Below are positions 1-9,019 of a DNA stretch of 64,000 nucleotides, piece after piece. Location of the stretch: the NCBI GenBank assembly GCA_017405065.1, contig JAFRBD010000003.1:4962-68961 (forward strand), written 5' to 3'. The notes beneath the pieces were generated by a model. The model was not told the DNA's origin, did no database searches, and was given only the letters and a program-made list of their open reading frames with translations. Made by a program: the position numbers and the translations under genes. The DNA is from Ruminococcus sp. (GTDB lineage Bacteria; Bacillota; Clostridia; Oscillospirales; Acutalibacteraceae). How positions within the stretch are numbered: the first letter of the stretch is position 1; each line of letters starts with the position of its first letter.

Positions 1-2071
1 CCTTATATTCCATACCGGTGCCGACGATCGGAGATTCGGTGACCATCAGCGGAACCGCCTGACGCTGCATGTTCGCGCCCATCAGCGCGCGGTTCGCGTC
101 ATCGTTCTCGAGGAAGGGGATCATCGCGGTCGCGACAGAGAATACCATACGCGGCGATACGTCCATGTAGTCGAAGCGCTTGGCTCTGTGTTCGACGAAC
201 TCGCCCTGATAACGACCCATGACGCGCGGGTTCTTGAAGCGGCCGTCCTCGTCGAGCGGCTCGTTCGCCTGCGCCACCATGAACTCGTCCTCTACGTCGG
301 CAGTCATGTAGACAACGTCTTTGGTAACGATGCCGGTCTCCTTGTCGACCTTGCGGAAAGGAGTCTCGACAAAGCCGTACTCGTTGATCTTCGCAAAGGT
401 AGCGAGATAGGAGATCAGACCGATGTTCGGGCCTTCAGGCGTCTCGATAGGACACATGCGGCCGTAGTGGGTATAATGTACGTCGCGGACCTCGAAACCC
501 GCTCTGTCTCGGCTCAGACCGCCGGGGCCGAGAGCTGACAGACGTCTTTTATGCGTCAGCTCGGCGAGGGGGTTGTTCTGGTCCATAAACTGGGACAGCG
601 GAGAGGAACCGAAGAATTCCTTGATCGCCGCGGTCACGGGACGGATATTGATGAGTGTGGAAGGAGTCAGCGCCTCGGGATCCTGCGCCTGCAGGGTCAT
701 GCGCTCGCGGATCACGCGCTCGAGTCGGGAGAAACCGATGCGGAACTGGTTCTGCAGCAGCTCGCCGACGCAGCGGATGCGACGATTGCCCAGATGGTCG
801 ATATCGTCGGTGTTGCCGATATGCTCGGCAAGACAGTTCATGTAGTTGACGGAAGCGAAGATGTCATCCACCGTGATATGGTTGGGAACCAGCTCGGCGG
901 CACGCAGCTCGATCTCTCTCTTGAGATCCTCCTCGTTCTCACAGGAATCGAGGATCTCACTCAGGACGTCGTAGCTGACGCGCTCCTTGACGCCGAGCGG
1001 ATAGCAGTCGAAATCGACATACGCGTAGATATCGACCATGCCGTTACTGAGCACCTTTACCTCGTGACCGTCCTCAGCGGCGATATAGACGAACTTTACG
1101 CCGGAATTATCGATGATCGCCGCCTGCTCACGGGTCACGGTGTCGCCGCGCTGTCCGAGCACCTCGCCGGTGCGGGGGTTGACGACAGCCTGCGTCAGCA
1201 CACGACCGGTGATACGGCCGGCAAGGTTCAGCTTTTTGTTATATTTATATCTGCCGACGCGCGACATATCATAGCGCCTCGGGTCAAAGAACAGGTTGTT
1301 GATGTGCGTCTGAGCGCTCTCGATGGTGGGAGGCTCAGAGGGACGCAGCTTGCGGTAAACTTCGATCAATCCGTCCTCGACGCTCTTGCAGCCGTCCTTT
1401 TCAAAGGTGGCTTTGATGCGCTTGTCGTCGCCGAACATTTCGATGATCTCGCCGTCGGTACCTAAGCCTAAGGCGCGCAGGAAAACGGTGATCGGCAGCT
1501 TACGGTTCTTATCGATACGGACATAGAACACGTCGTTGACGTCGTTCTCATACTCCAGCCAGGCGCCGCGGTTCGGGATAACGGTGGAGGAGAACAGCTC
1601 CTTACCGGTCTTGTCGTGAGCCATCTTGTAGTACACGCCGGGAGAACGGACGAGCTGAGAAACGATAACGCGCTCGGCGCCGTTGATGACAAAGGTGCCG
1701 GATTCGGTCATCAGGGGGAATTCACCCATGAATACATTGTTTTCCTTGATCTCACCGGTCTCCTTGTTCAGCAGGCGGGCGGTAACGCGCAAAGCCGCAG
1801 AATAAGTAGCGTCTCTTTCCTTACACTCGATAACGGAATAGTTCGGATGGTCTACGTCGAGGGTGTAGTCGATGAAATCGAGTACGAGGTTGTTCTGGTA
1901 ATCGTTGATACCGGAAACATCCTTGAATACCTCTTTCAGACCCTCGTCGAGGAACCACTGGTAGGATTTCTTCTGGATTTCGATAAGATTCGGCATACCG
2001 ATGACGTCTTCGATCTTGCCGAAGCTCTTACGCTCCGCTCTGCCCAGCTTAACGTCTTTGACTTTAACCAA
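1..2071 (-). CDS. rpoB: DNA-directed RNA polymerase beta subunit (5' part; runs off the window start)
   Basis: The minus strand reads (M)[39 protein letters not shown]... and contains the motifs [20 protein letters not shown] and [17 protein letters not shown] start at 2071 follows AAGGAGTGA. It is absent from the ORF track because there is no stop in the window. Confidence 0.98.
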   Translation of the reverse strand, partial: MVKVKDVKLGRAERKSFGKIEDVIGMPNLIEIQKKSYQWFLDEGLKEVFKDVSGINDYQNNLVLDFIDYTLDVDHPNYSVIECKERDATYSAALRVTARLLNKETGEIKENNVFMGEFPLMTESGTFVINGAERVIVSQLVRSPGVYYKMAHDKTGKELFSSTVIPNRGAWLEYENDVNDVFYVRIDKNRKLPITVFLRALGLGTDGEIIEMFGDDKRIKATFEKDGCKSVEDGLIEVYRKLRPSEPPTIESAQTHINNLFFDPRRYDMSRVGRYKYNKKLNLAGRITGRVLTQAVVNPRTGEVLGQRGDTVTREQAAIIDNSGVKFVYIAAEDGHEVKVLSNGMVDIYAYVDFDCYPLGVKERVSYDVLSEILDSCENEEDLKREIELRAAELVPNHITVDDIFASVNYMNCLAEHIGNTDDIDHLGNRRIRCVGELLQNQFRIGFSRLERVIRERMTLQAQDPEALTPSTLINIRPVTAAIKEFFGSSPLSQFMDQNNPLAELTHKRRLSALGPGGLSRDRAGFEVRDVHYTHYGRMCPIETPEGPNIGLISYLATFAKINEYGFVETPFRKVDKETGIVTKDVVYMTADVEDEFMVAQANEPLDEDGRFKNPRVMGRYQGEFVEHRAKRFDYMDVSPRMVFSVATAMIPFLENDDANRALMGANMQRQAVPLMVTESPIVGTGMEYK

Positions 2072-2188
2072 AAGCACATCACTCCTTCTTTTTGATAGAT
2101 CAGCGGAAACACTGATACAATTTTTGTCATGTCCACCTTCAATAAAGGAAGGTGAAAACAAATGACAAGATTGTTTCTGTTTTGCCTC

Positions 2189-2217
2189 TTGACAAACGGC
2201 TCCGACTTTGCTATTAT
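2189..2217 (+). promoter_or_regulatory. Sigma-A-like promoter antisense to the rpoB leader (could also serve birA)
   Basis: TTGACA-N17-TATTAT with an extended TGn -10. Confidence 0.5.
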
Positions 2218-2280
2218 ACTTTGTCGAAAAATTCGTCAAAGGGTAGAGGCGTAAATGTTCCCATAATGATACATTTTAGT

Positions 2281-2309
2281 ATTCTATATGAATTCGTCAA
2301 GAAAGTCAA
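2281..2309 (-). promoter_or_regulatory. Sigma-A promoter of rpoB
   Basis: TTGACT-N17-TAGAAT on the minus strand, about 210 nt upstream of the rpoB start. Confidence 0.65.
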
Positions 2310-2507
2310 GGGTTTTTTCTGAATTTTTTGTTTTTAATTCTCATTTGCAATTATGATGAAAATACTTTTGTTCTCTAAAGCGTAGGGAACGCCCGACAGC
2401 GTTGAATGTTTTATAAGGTACTGTCTTACTCTTGTTTATGGAATCTGTACAATTCTGTCTTTCTATCCCCTGATATTTGAGATATTGTCGCCGAAAGAAG
2501 GCTGAAA

Positions 2508-3257
2508 ATGAAGCTGAATCAAAAAAACATTGAAAAAAACATCAAAAAACCGGTTACCGTCCGTCTTTATGACAGTATCGACTCCACCAACAATGAGGCA
2601 AAACGCCGCGCCGATATCGATAAAGGCATGCATCTCTACGCGGCGGGGCGCCAGACGGCAGGACGGGGCAGACACGGCAACCGCTTTTATTCCCCCAAAG
2701 ACACAGGGCTGTACATGACGCTCTCTCTCCCCCTTGACGACAGCCGGACACAGGTGCAGCAGATCACCTGCGCGGCGGCAGTCGCGGTATGCGAGGCGAT
2801 CAACGAGCTCAGCGATCTGCATCCGCAGATCAAATGGGTGAACGATATCTTTGTCGGCGGCAAAAAGGCGGGAGGCATCCTGACGGAGCTGATCTCGGAC
2901 GATCAGAACCGTCCGACCGCCGTGATCATCGGGATCGGGCTGAACCTGAACACCGAGGATTTCCCCGCAGAGATCGCCGATAAGGCGGGTAATCTCGGCA
3001 GTATCGATATCGATTTGCTATGCGCGGCAATTGTCAATAATTTGATAACGGAACAGGATAACCTCAGCAATAATTCTATAATAGAAAAATACAAAAGTCT
3101 GAATCTATGTATCGGACGGGACGTCCGGTTCACAAAAGACGGTGCGGAGCATACGGCAAAAGCCGTCGACGTCAATGCCGACGGCGGACTGGTCGTCAAA
3201 GAAAACGGAGAGTTTACCGTTCTGAATTCGGGAGAGATCAGCGTCCTGCCCCAGTAG
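2508..3257 (+). CDS. birA: Biotin--[acetyl-CoA-carboxylase] ligase (no N-terminal HTH)
   Basis: Motifs DSTN, QTAGRGR, KWVND, KAGGIL and GIGLN. Confidence 0.95.
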   Translation: MKLNQKNIEKNIKKPVTVRLYDSIDSTNNEAKRRADIDKGMHLYAAGRQTAGRGRHGNRFYSPKDTGLYMTLSLPLDDSRTQVQQITCAAAVAVCEAINELSDLHPQIKWVNDIFVGGKKAGGILTELISDDQNRPTAVIIGIGLNLNTEDFPAEIADKAGNLGSIDIDLLCAAIVNNLITEQDNLSNNSIIEKYKSLNLCIGRDVRFTKDGAEHTAKAVDVNADGGLVVKENGEFTVLNSGEISVLPQ

Positions 3258-3681
3258 CGATCCAATAGATCACGCCGTACAGCACCGCCGCCGTCGTGCC
3301 GTAGACCAGCACCGGCCCCGCGATGACAAACATCTTTGCCGCCAATCCCGTGATCAAGCCTTCTGCCTTGAATTCGATCGCAGGCGAGCTCATCGCGTTG
3401 GCAAAGCCCGTGATCGGCACCAGCGTCCCCGCGCCGCCGTGCTTGGCGAGGCGCTCATACCGGTGCAGAGCGGTCAGCAGCACACCGATGAAGATCAGCG
3501 TCACGGAGGTCAGCATTTTGGCGGTATCTTCCGCTAAACCGAGATAATCATATAATACAAATATTCCCTGCCCTATCGTACAGATCGCGCCGCCGATCAC
3601 GAACGCTTTCGCACAGTCGAGCAAGCTCCTGCTGTTGCGGGAGCGTTTTTTTACCAAAGCGGCATATTTTTCCTTTGTCAT
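3238..3681 (-). CDS. spoVAC: Stage V sporulation protein AC
   Basis: Motifs AFVIGGAICTIGQ, GAGTLVPITGFAN and KMFVIAGPVLVYG. Confidence 0.93.
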   Translation of the reverse strand: MTKEKYAALVKKRSRNSRSLLDCAKAFVIGGAICTIGQGIFVLYDYLGLAEDTAKMLTSVTLIFIGVLLTALHRYERLAKHGGAGTLVPITGFANAMSSPAIEFKAEGLITGLAAKMFVIAGPVLVYGTTAAVLYGVIYWIATGAGR

Positions 3682-3881
3682 GCTATCACCGCTGATAGTA
3701 TCCTCCCCTATTCACAAATTATTCAACAAAAATTTATCTCTGCTTCTTGTAATTATCGCACTGTAGATATATAATTATACTGTTTTAAAAAATGTCATTG
3801 CGAGGGAGCCATGCGAGCGTGGCAATCCCACAAAGAGGAGCAAGGCTTTTGTATCAACATCCACAAGAAGATTACAGCTAT

Positions 3882-5012
3882 ATGGACAATCACTATTTAG
3901 ACAACAGCGCGACGACACAGGTATGTAAAGAAGCCGCCGACGCGGCATATACCATGATGCGCATAAACTACGGTAATCCGTCCTCTCTCCATCAAATGGG
4001 GATCCGCGCGGAAGAAGCCGTGGAGGAAGCGCGGCGGATCATCGCCGACTCGCTGTCGGTACAAGCGAAAAACATCTTTTTTACCTCCGGCGGCACCGAA
4101 GCGAATAACACCGTGCTTTTCGGAGCGGCTCAGGCGCTCAAACGCCGCGGCGACCGCATCATCGTTTCGGCGGTCGAACACAGCTCCGTATACGAAAGCG
4201 CCAAGCGGCTCTCGGAACTCGGCTATGACGTTCAATTTGCCCCCGTCAACGCGGACGGCGTTATCGATATCGACGCTTTCAAAGGTCTGCTCACTGATAA
4301 AACCATTCTCGTCAGCGTGATGACGGTCAACAATGAGACCGGCTCCATCCAGCCGATCGAGCGCATCGCAAAGCTCGTACACAAAAACTGCCCCGAAGCG
4401 CTGTTCCACACCGACGCGGTGCAGGCGTACGGCAAAATACCGCTGAAGCCGAAGAAACTCGGCGTCGATCTGATGAGCCTCAGTGCCCATAAGATCCACG
4501 GCGCCAAAGGCTGCGGCGCCTTATATATCCGCGACGGCGCAAGGATCCTCCCGCTGCTCTACGGCGGCGAGCAGCAGCACAAGCTGCGTCCGGGTACGGA
4601 GAGCGCCCCGCTGATCGCCGCCTTCGCGACCGCGGTCGTTTGTTTAGATATATCTCAAAACATGGAGTATATCAAAAGGTTGAACGCATATGCGCTCGAA
4701 ACGCTGAAAGCGATCGACAGTATCTCGATCAACTCCCCCGATAACGCTCTCCCCTATATCATCAACATTTCCGTGTCGGGCATCCGATCGGAAACGATGC
4801 TCCACCATCTGGAGGAAAGCGGCGTATACGTCAGCTCGTCCAGCGCCTGCGCCAAAGGAAAACGCAGTTATGTACTGGAGGCAATGGGAGTTCCCGACGA
4901 CCGCATCGACAGCTCCCTGCGGATCAGCTTTTCCAAATATAATATCAAGGAAGATATCGACGCGCTGGTTGAGGGATTGCGGGAAGGAATCGCAACATTA
5001 CAAAGAAAGTGA
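3882..5012 (+). CDS. iscS: Cysteine desulfurase (NifS/IscS family; NifZ-like partner of ThiI)
   Basis: Motifs YLDNSATT, GNPSS, FTSGGTE, HTDAVQ, SAHKIHG and SSACA. Start moved to ATG 3882 because the upstream extension is read from a palindromic repeat. Confidence 0.93.
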   Translation: MDNHYLDNSATTQVCKEAADAAYTMMRINYGNPSSLHQMGIRAEEAVEEARRIIADSLSVQAKNIFFTSGGTEANNTVLFGAAQALKRRGDRIIVSAVEHSSVYESAKRLSELGYDVQFAPVNADGVIDIDAFKGLLTDKTILVSVMTVNNETGSIQPIERIAKLVHKNCPEALFHTDAVQAYGKIPLKPKKLGVDLMSLSAHKIHGAKGCGALYIRDGARILPLLYGGEQQHKLRPGTESAPLIAAFATAVVCLDISQNMEYIKRLNAYALETLKAIDSISINSPDNALPYIINISVSGIRSETMLHHLEESGVYVSSSSACAKGKRSYVLEAMGVPDDRIDSSLRISFSKYNIKEDIDALVEGLREGIATLQRK

Positions 5013-5076
5013 GGAGTTAGGAGTTAGGAGTGAGGAGTTCATCAACTGCCAACTATCAACTAACAACTGCCGACCG
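5010..5076. repeat. Heptamer arrays (TAGGAGT)n + (CAACTAT)n, left arm flanking thiI
   Basis: Directly visible; complementary to 6255-6312. Confidence 0.9.
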
Positions 5077-5081
5077 GAATA

Positions 5082-6254
5082 ATGAAAGAAATCATATTGA
5101 TCAAGCTCGGCGAAATGGTCTTAAAAGGACTCAACCGCCGCGCGTTTGAAGACGTATTAATCAAAAACATCAAATACCGCCTCAGAGGGCTGGGTAAATT
5201 TGAGATCAAGATCGCCCAGTCTACCATCTTCATCACGCCGCTGTCCGACGACGTCGACCTCGACGACGTATGCGAGCGCATCGGCGAGGTCTTCGGGATC
5301 GTCACCTTCTCGCGCGCCTGCGTATGCGAAAAGACACTGGAGGATATCCTCGAAAAGGCGCCGCTTTACTGCAAAGAGTATCTTGAGGACGCGAAAACAT
5401 TCAAAGTTGAAAGCAAGCGATCAGACAAGCGCTTCCCCTATAAAAGCCCCGAGATATCGGCGCAGGTCGGCGGCAAATTGCTCGAGACCTGTCCCCATTT
5501 CAAGGTAGACGTCAAAAAACCGGAAGTCACCGTTACCGTCGAGGTGCGCGACTACGGCGCCTACATCCGATGCGCGACCATCCGCGGACAGGGCGGTATG
5601 CCCGTCGGCACCTCAGGTCTCGCGACAGTCCTCATCAGCGGCGGCATCGACTCCCCCGTCGCCGCCTATATGATGGCAAAGCGCGGCTTGAAGCTCAACG
5701 CCGTTCACTTCGAAAGCCCGCCCTATACCTCCGAGCGCGCGCGCATGAAGGTCGAGAAACTGCTCAGGGAGGTCAGCCGCTTCGCCGGCTCTATCGAGAT
5801 GCACACCGTACCGCTGACCCGGGTGCAGGAGACCATGCGCGACCGCTGTCCCGAAGAGCTTTTCACCATCCTGCTGCGGCGCGTGATGATGAAGATCGCG
5901 ACCCGTATCGCCGAAAAGACCAAATCCGGCGCGCTGATCACCGGCGAAAGCCTCGGTCAGGTCGCGTCCCAGACGATGTACGCCCTCAACTGCACCGACG
6001 CGGCGGCGGGCAAGGTCGTTTTCCGTCCGCTGATCGGCATGGACAAGCAGGAGATCATCGATATCGCTTACCGTATCGGCACCTATGAGACCTCTATCGA
6101 GCCGTATGAAGACTGCTGTACGATCTTTACGCCCAAGCATCCGCGCACTAAGCCGATCATGCACTTTGTCGAGCAGGCGGAACGCGAGGCGGACTTAGAT
6201 GAACTGATCGAAGAAGCGATCCGAAACACCACGGTCAAAACGATCGATTTTTGA
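5082..6254 (+). CDS. thiI: tRNA 4-thiouridine synthase (THUMP + PP-loop, no rhodanese domain)
   Basis: Motifs GEMVLKGLNR, SGGIDSPV, TGESLGQVASQT and PYEDCC. Confidence 0.97.
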   Translation: MKEIILIKLGEMVLKGLNRRAFEDVLIKNIKYRLRGLGKFEIKIAQSTIFITPLSDDVDLDDVCERIGEVFGIVTFSRACVCEKTLEDILEKAPLYCKEYLEDAKTFKVESKRSDKRFPYKSPEISAQVGGKLLETCPHFKVDVKKPEVTVTVEVRDYGAYIRCATIRGQGGMPVGTSGLATVLISGGIDSPVAAYMMAKRGLKLNAVHFESPPYTSERARMKVEKLLREVSRFAGSIEMHTVPLTRVQETMRDRCPEELFTILLRRVMMKIATRIAEKTKSGALITGESLGQVASQTMYALNCTDAAAGKVVFRPLIGMDKQEIIDIAYRIGTYETSIEPYEDCCTIFTPKHPRTKPIMHFVEQAEREADLDELIEEAIRNTTVKTIDF

Positions 6255-6312
6255 CAGTCGGACGATAGTTGGTAGTTTTTGAATCTCCTAATTCCTCATT
6301 CCTAATTCCTCA
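6255..6312. repeat. Heptamer arrays (ATAGTTG)n + (AATTCCT)n, right arm flanking thiI
   Basis: Reverse complement aligns to 5010-5076. Confidence 0.9.
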
Positions 6313-6329
6313 TTAAAAAGAGGTATCCT

Positions 6330-8255
6330 ATGTACCAATGTGAATTGTTTTCCATACAACAGAATACGGCGGACGCCGAAGCGCTGAAAGCGTCACGGCA
6401 GAAGCTCGCCTCCGTCCTTGACACAGACGGCGTCGAGCTGAAGAATATCACCGATATCCCTGCCGATCCCAAAAAGCTGGATGACGCCGTCAGCAAGCTG
6501 CTCGCCGACGGCGACAGAGATATGTTTATCTTTGCGAATGCGCTGAACACAACCGATTCCTCGTCGTTCCGCAAACTGTTCTACCGCATGATCGGCAGTA
6601 TCGAGTCAAGCATACAGGTCGACGAAAGCCGTAAAGATCTGAAAGCAAAGCTGAAAGTATTATCCCTCGGCGACTTGGGCAACGGATACAAGGGCTATTG
6701 CTTCAGCGTCGGCGGCAAGCGCTTTGTCGTTCTCCCCTACGCCTCGCTGGCAGGCAAGGATGTCAGCGAGTTGATCCGCGACGGCGTCCGTGCAGCGGAC
6801 GATAAGATCAGAACCGGCAGCGAACGCTATCCCGAGGGCATCGCCTATCTCACCGCCGCGGGAACAGAGGCGGATCCTTCCCTAAACCGCGAATCCGTCA
6901 CGGAAAAAATGGCGCCGAAACAGAAGCAGGGATTTTTCAAATCCTTCATCCCGCTCAAATCCGATTCCAAAAAGCAAAAAATCCGCAAGAGCGTCGTACT
7001 GGTCGCGATGGTCGCCTTCGTTGTCGCGCTGGTTTATGTGCTGGATTTCTACATCTTCGGACCGATGCGCAACAACGCCGTCACCAGTGAGATCCAGACC
7101 ATCGCCTACAGCAAATCCGACGACGAGGACAAGGAAGACGGCCCCACACAGGACTGGGACGCTTTGAAAGAGATCAATGACGAGATCGTCGGCTGGATCA
7201 CCATTCCCGATACCGTCATCGACTATCCCGTGCTTTATCACGAGGGCGACGACCGCTACAACCAGTATTACATCAAGCGTACCTATAAAAAAGAAAGCTC
7301 CGAGTACGGCAGCATCTTTGTCGACTACCGCTCCACCGACGGCACCGATTCGCGCAACGTCATCATGCACGGTCACGATATGAACGACGGCAGTATGTTC
7401 GCGGGTATGCTGAAATATTCGCCGAAGGGCGATCTCAAGGGCGACCTCGAGTATTATCAGGATCACCCTATCATCGAATTCAACACCCCCGACGGAGACG
7501 CAAAGTACAAGATCATCTCCGTCTTCAAGACCTCCACCCGCTATGAACACGGCGAATTCTTCAACTATATGCAGGGCGAGTTCAACTCCGACGCGGAATT
7601 CATGAACTTCGTTTATAACTGCCGCGTGCGTTCCTTTTTCGATATCCCCGTCACCTGCAATGAAGACGATCCGATCATCACGCTGTCCACCTGCTGCTAC
7701 GAGTTCTACCAGTGGCGCATGGTCATCGTCGCCCGCAAGGTGCGTCCCGGCGAGGACGAGAGCGTAGACGTCGATCTTGCCGACTACAACTCCTCTCCCC
7801 TGTTCCCCGACGTCTATTATCAGCGCTACGGCGGCACCCGACCCAAGCCGGAGACCTTCAAATCCGCGAGCGAAAAGGGACAGGTCGACTGGTATGACGG
7901 CAAGGGCAACTTGGAAGGCTCCGAGGATCTGACCGCGACGCTCGCCGCCAATCCGACCGAGCCGCCTACCGAGAAGCCGAAGAAGGGCGCCAAGGCGACC
8001 GAGCCGCCTGCAATCGTCTATTATCCGGTCACCTACCGCAACTATGACGGCAGCCAGTACGCCGCCTACAACGTCAGGGAGGGCGACGCCGTTCCGGTTC
8101 CCGACGGCACGCCGACTATGCCCTCCGACGAGTACTACGACTATGTATTCGAAGGATGGGACAAAGACGTCGACGGCGTGGATTTTGACCACCTGAACAT
8201 CGGCATCGATATCTATCCGAAATTCACCCCGGTACTCAAGCCGGAATATCAGTGA
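6330..8255 (+). CDS. srtB: Class B sortase with an N-terminal cytoplasmic domain of about 200 aa and a C-terminal InlB B-repeat-like domain
   Basis: TM helix near aa 222-243, then INDEIVGWITIPDTVIDYPV, HGHDM, catalytic TLSTC and WRMVIVAR. Confidence 0.85.
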   Translation: MYQCELFSIQQNTADAEALKASRQKLASVLDTDGVELKNITDIPADPKKLDDAVSKLLADGDRDMFIFANALNTTDSSSFRKLFYRMIGSIESSIQVDESRKDLKAKLKVLSLGDLGNGYKGYCFSVGGKRFVVLPYASLAGKDVSELIRDGVRAADDKIRTGSERYPEGIAYLTAAGTEADPSLNRESVTEKMAPKQKQGFFKSFIPLKSDSKKQKIRKSVVLVAMVAFVVALVYVLDFYIFGPMRNNAVTSEIQTIAYSKSDDEDKEDGPTQDWDALKEINDEIVGWITIPDTVIDYPVLYHEGDDRYNQYYIKRTYKKESSEYGSIFVDYRSTDGTDSRNVIMHGHDMNDGSMFAGMLKYSPKGDLKGDLEYYQDHPIIEFNTPDGDAKYKIISVFKTSTRYEHGEFFNYMQGEFNSDAEFMNFVYNCRVRSFFDIPVTCNEDDPIITLSTCCYEFYQWRMVIVARKVRPGEDESVDVDLADYNSSPLFPDVYYQRYGGTRPKPETFKSASEKGQVDWYDGKGNLEGSEDLTATLAANPTEPPTEKPKKGAKATEPPAIVYYPVTYRNYDGSQYAAYNVREGDAVPVPDGTPTMPSDEYYDYVFEGWDKDVDGVDFDHLNIGIDIYPKFTPVLKPEYQ

Positions 8256-8385
8256 CGCGCGGCGTCGTTATTCCGCCTTTTGCGAAGTCCTGTTTTCCTT
8301 GAATCCGATAAACGGCAGACATACAAGCTGCAGCTTCTCTGTGTGCCGATCCATCCATCATACGATAAAAGCATCCTTGATTATC

Positions 8386-8811
8386 ATGAAATATAACCTG
8401 ATTTTTTACATTGCCAAAAAAACATCCTACTGTGAGAAAGCCGTCCGCAGAGCGCTGAGCGCCGTCGGCGGCGAAGCGCATCAAATCACGGGAGCAACCA
8501 CGCCCGTCGCGCTGGGCGAGGAAGTCAGCCGCAGCCTGAAGATCTGCCCGCTCACGATCATCGTCGGCGGCTTCAACTCGATGGACGACGATAACCTCGC
8601 GACCGTGCTCTCGCGCGTGTTCTCCAATTCCCCTCTGACGCTGGACAATATGCGCAAGCTCAGTGCGAAGAGCGGCGCGGAAGGCTATATCATCCGCTAT
8701 AAGACCCAGATCCTTTTAGCGCTGCCGGACAGTCCGGAGGATATCGAAGAGATGTGTTCACAGGAATTGCTGGCGTATATCAGGGAAAAGCTTGGAGTTA
8801 ATCAGGAATGA
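8386..8811 (+). CDS. Hypothetical protein resembling a degenerate CinA/MoCF-biosynthesis N-terminal domain
   Basis: IIVGGFNSMDDDNL and GAEGY...LLALPDSPEDIEEM echo CinA GGLGPTxDD and LPGPPxE; start codon uncertain. Confidence 0.6.
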   Translation: MKYNLIFYIAKKTSYCEKAVRRALSAVGGEAHQITGATTPVALGEEVSRSLKICPLTIIVGGFNSMDDDNLATVLSRVFSNSPLTLDNMRKLSAKSGAEGYIIRYKTQILLALPDSPEDIEEMCSQELLAYIREKLGVNQE

Positions 8812-9016
8812 GGAATCAAGAGTTAGGAGTTAGGAATTAGGAATGAATGGCGGGCGCTGCCCGCACCCGATTGATATAGTGATAAAAAATAATTCTGTTA
8901 CAGAAATAACGCTCATGACTTTTTCAAAGAGACATGAGCGTTACTGTTTTATTCTGATATTTTAAATTTAAAACGCGTCAGCGCTTCCCGCAATTCCTCA
9001 TTCCTAATTCCTCATT
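8803..9016 (+). repeat. Heptamer-armed structured element (family A), copy 1
   Basis: (AGGAATT)n - GCGGGCGCTGCCCGC - ACCCGATT ... central hairpin ... AAAA CGCGTCAGCG CTTCCC - (AATTCCT)n. Confidence 0.88.
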
Positions 9017-9019
9017 ATT

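Noticed and set aside
188-2095. Long plus-strand ORFs (188-538, 551-1465, 1616-2095) and many similar antisense ORFs elsewhere (e.g. 6882-8192, 22866-24329, 53706-55157, 61248-63047)
   Set aside because: They are shadow frames opposite well-supported genes, expected from GC-rich codon bias, and carry no recognisable motifs.
3792-3881. 30-aa N-terminal extension of the cysteine desulfurase
   Set aside because: It is translated from a family C palindrome half (MSLRG...VAIP); family homology starts at MDNHYLDN.
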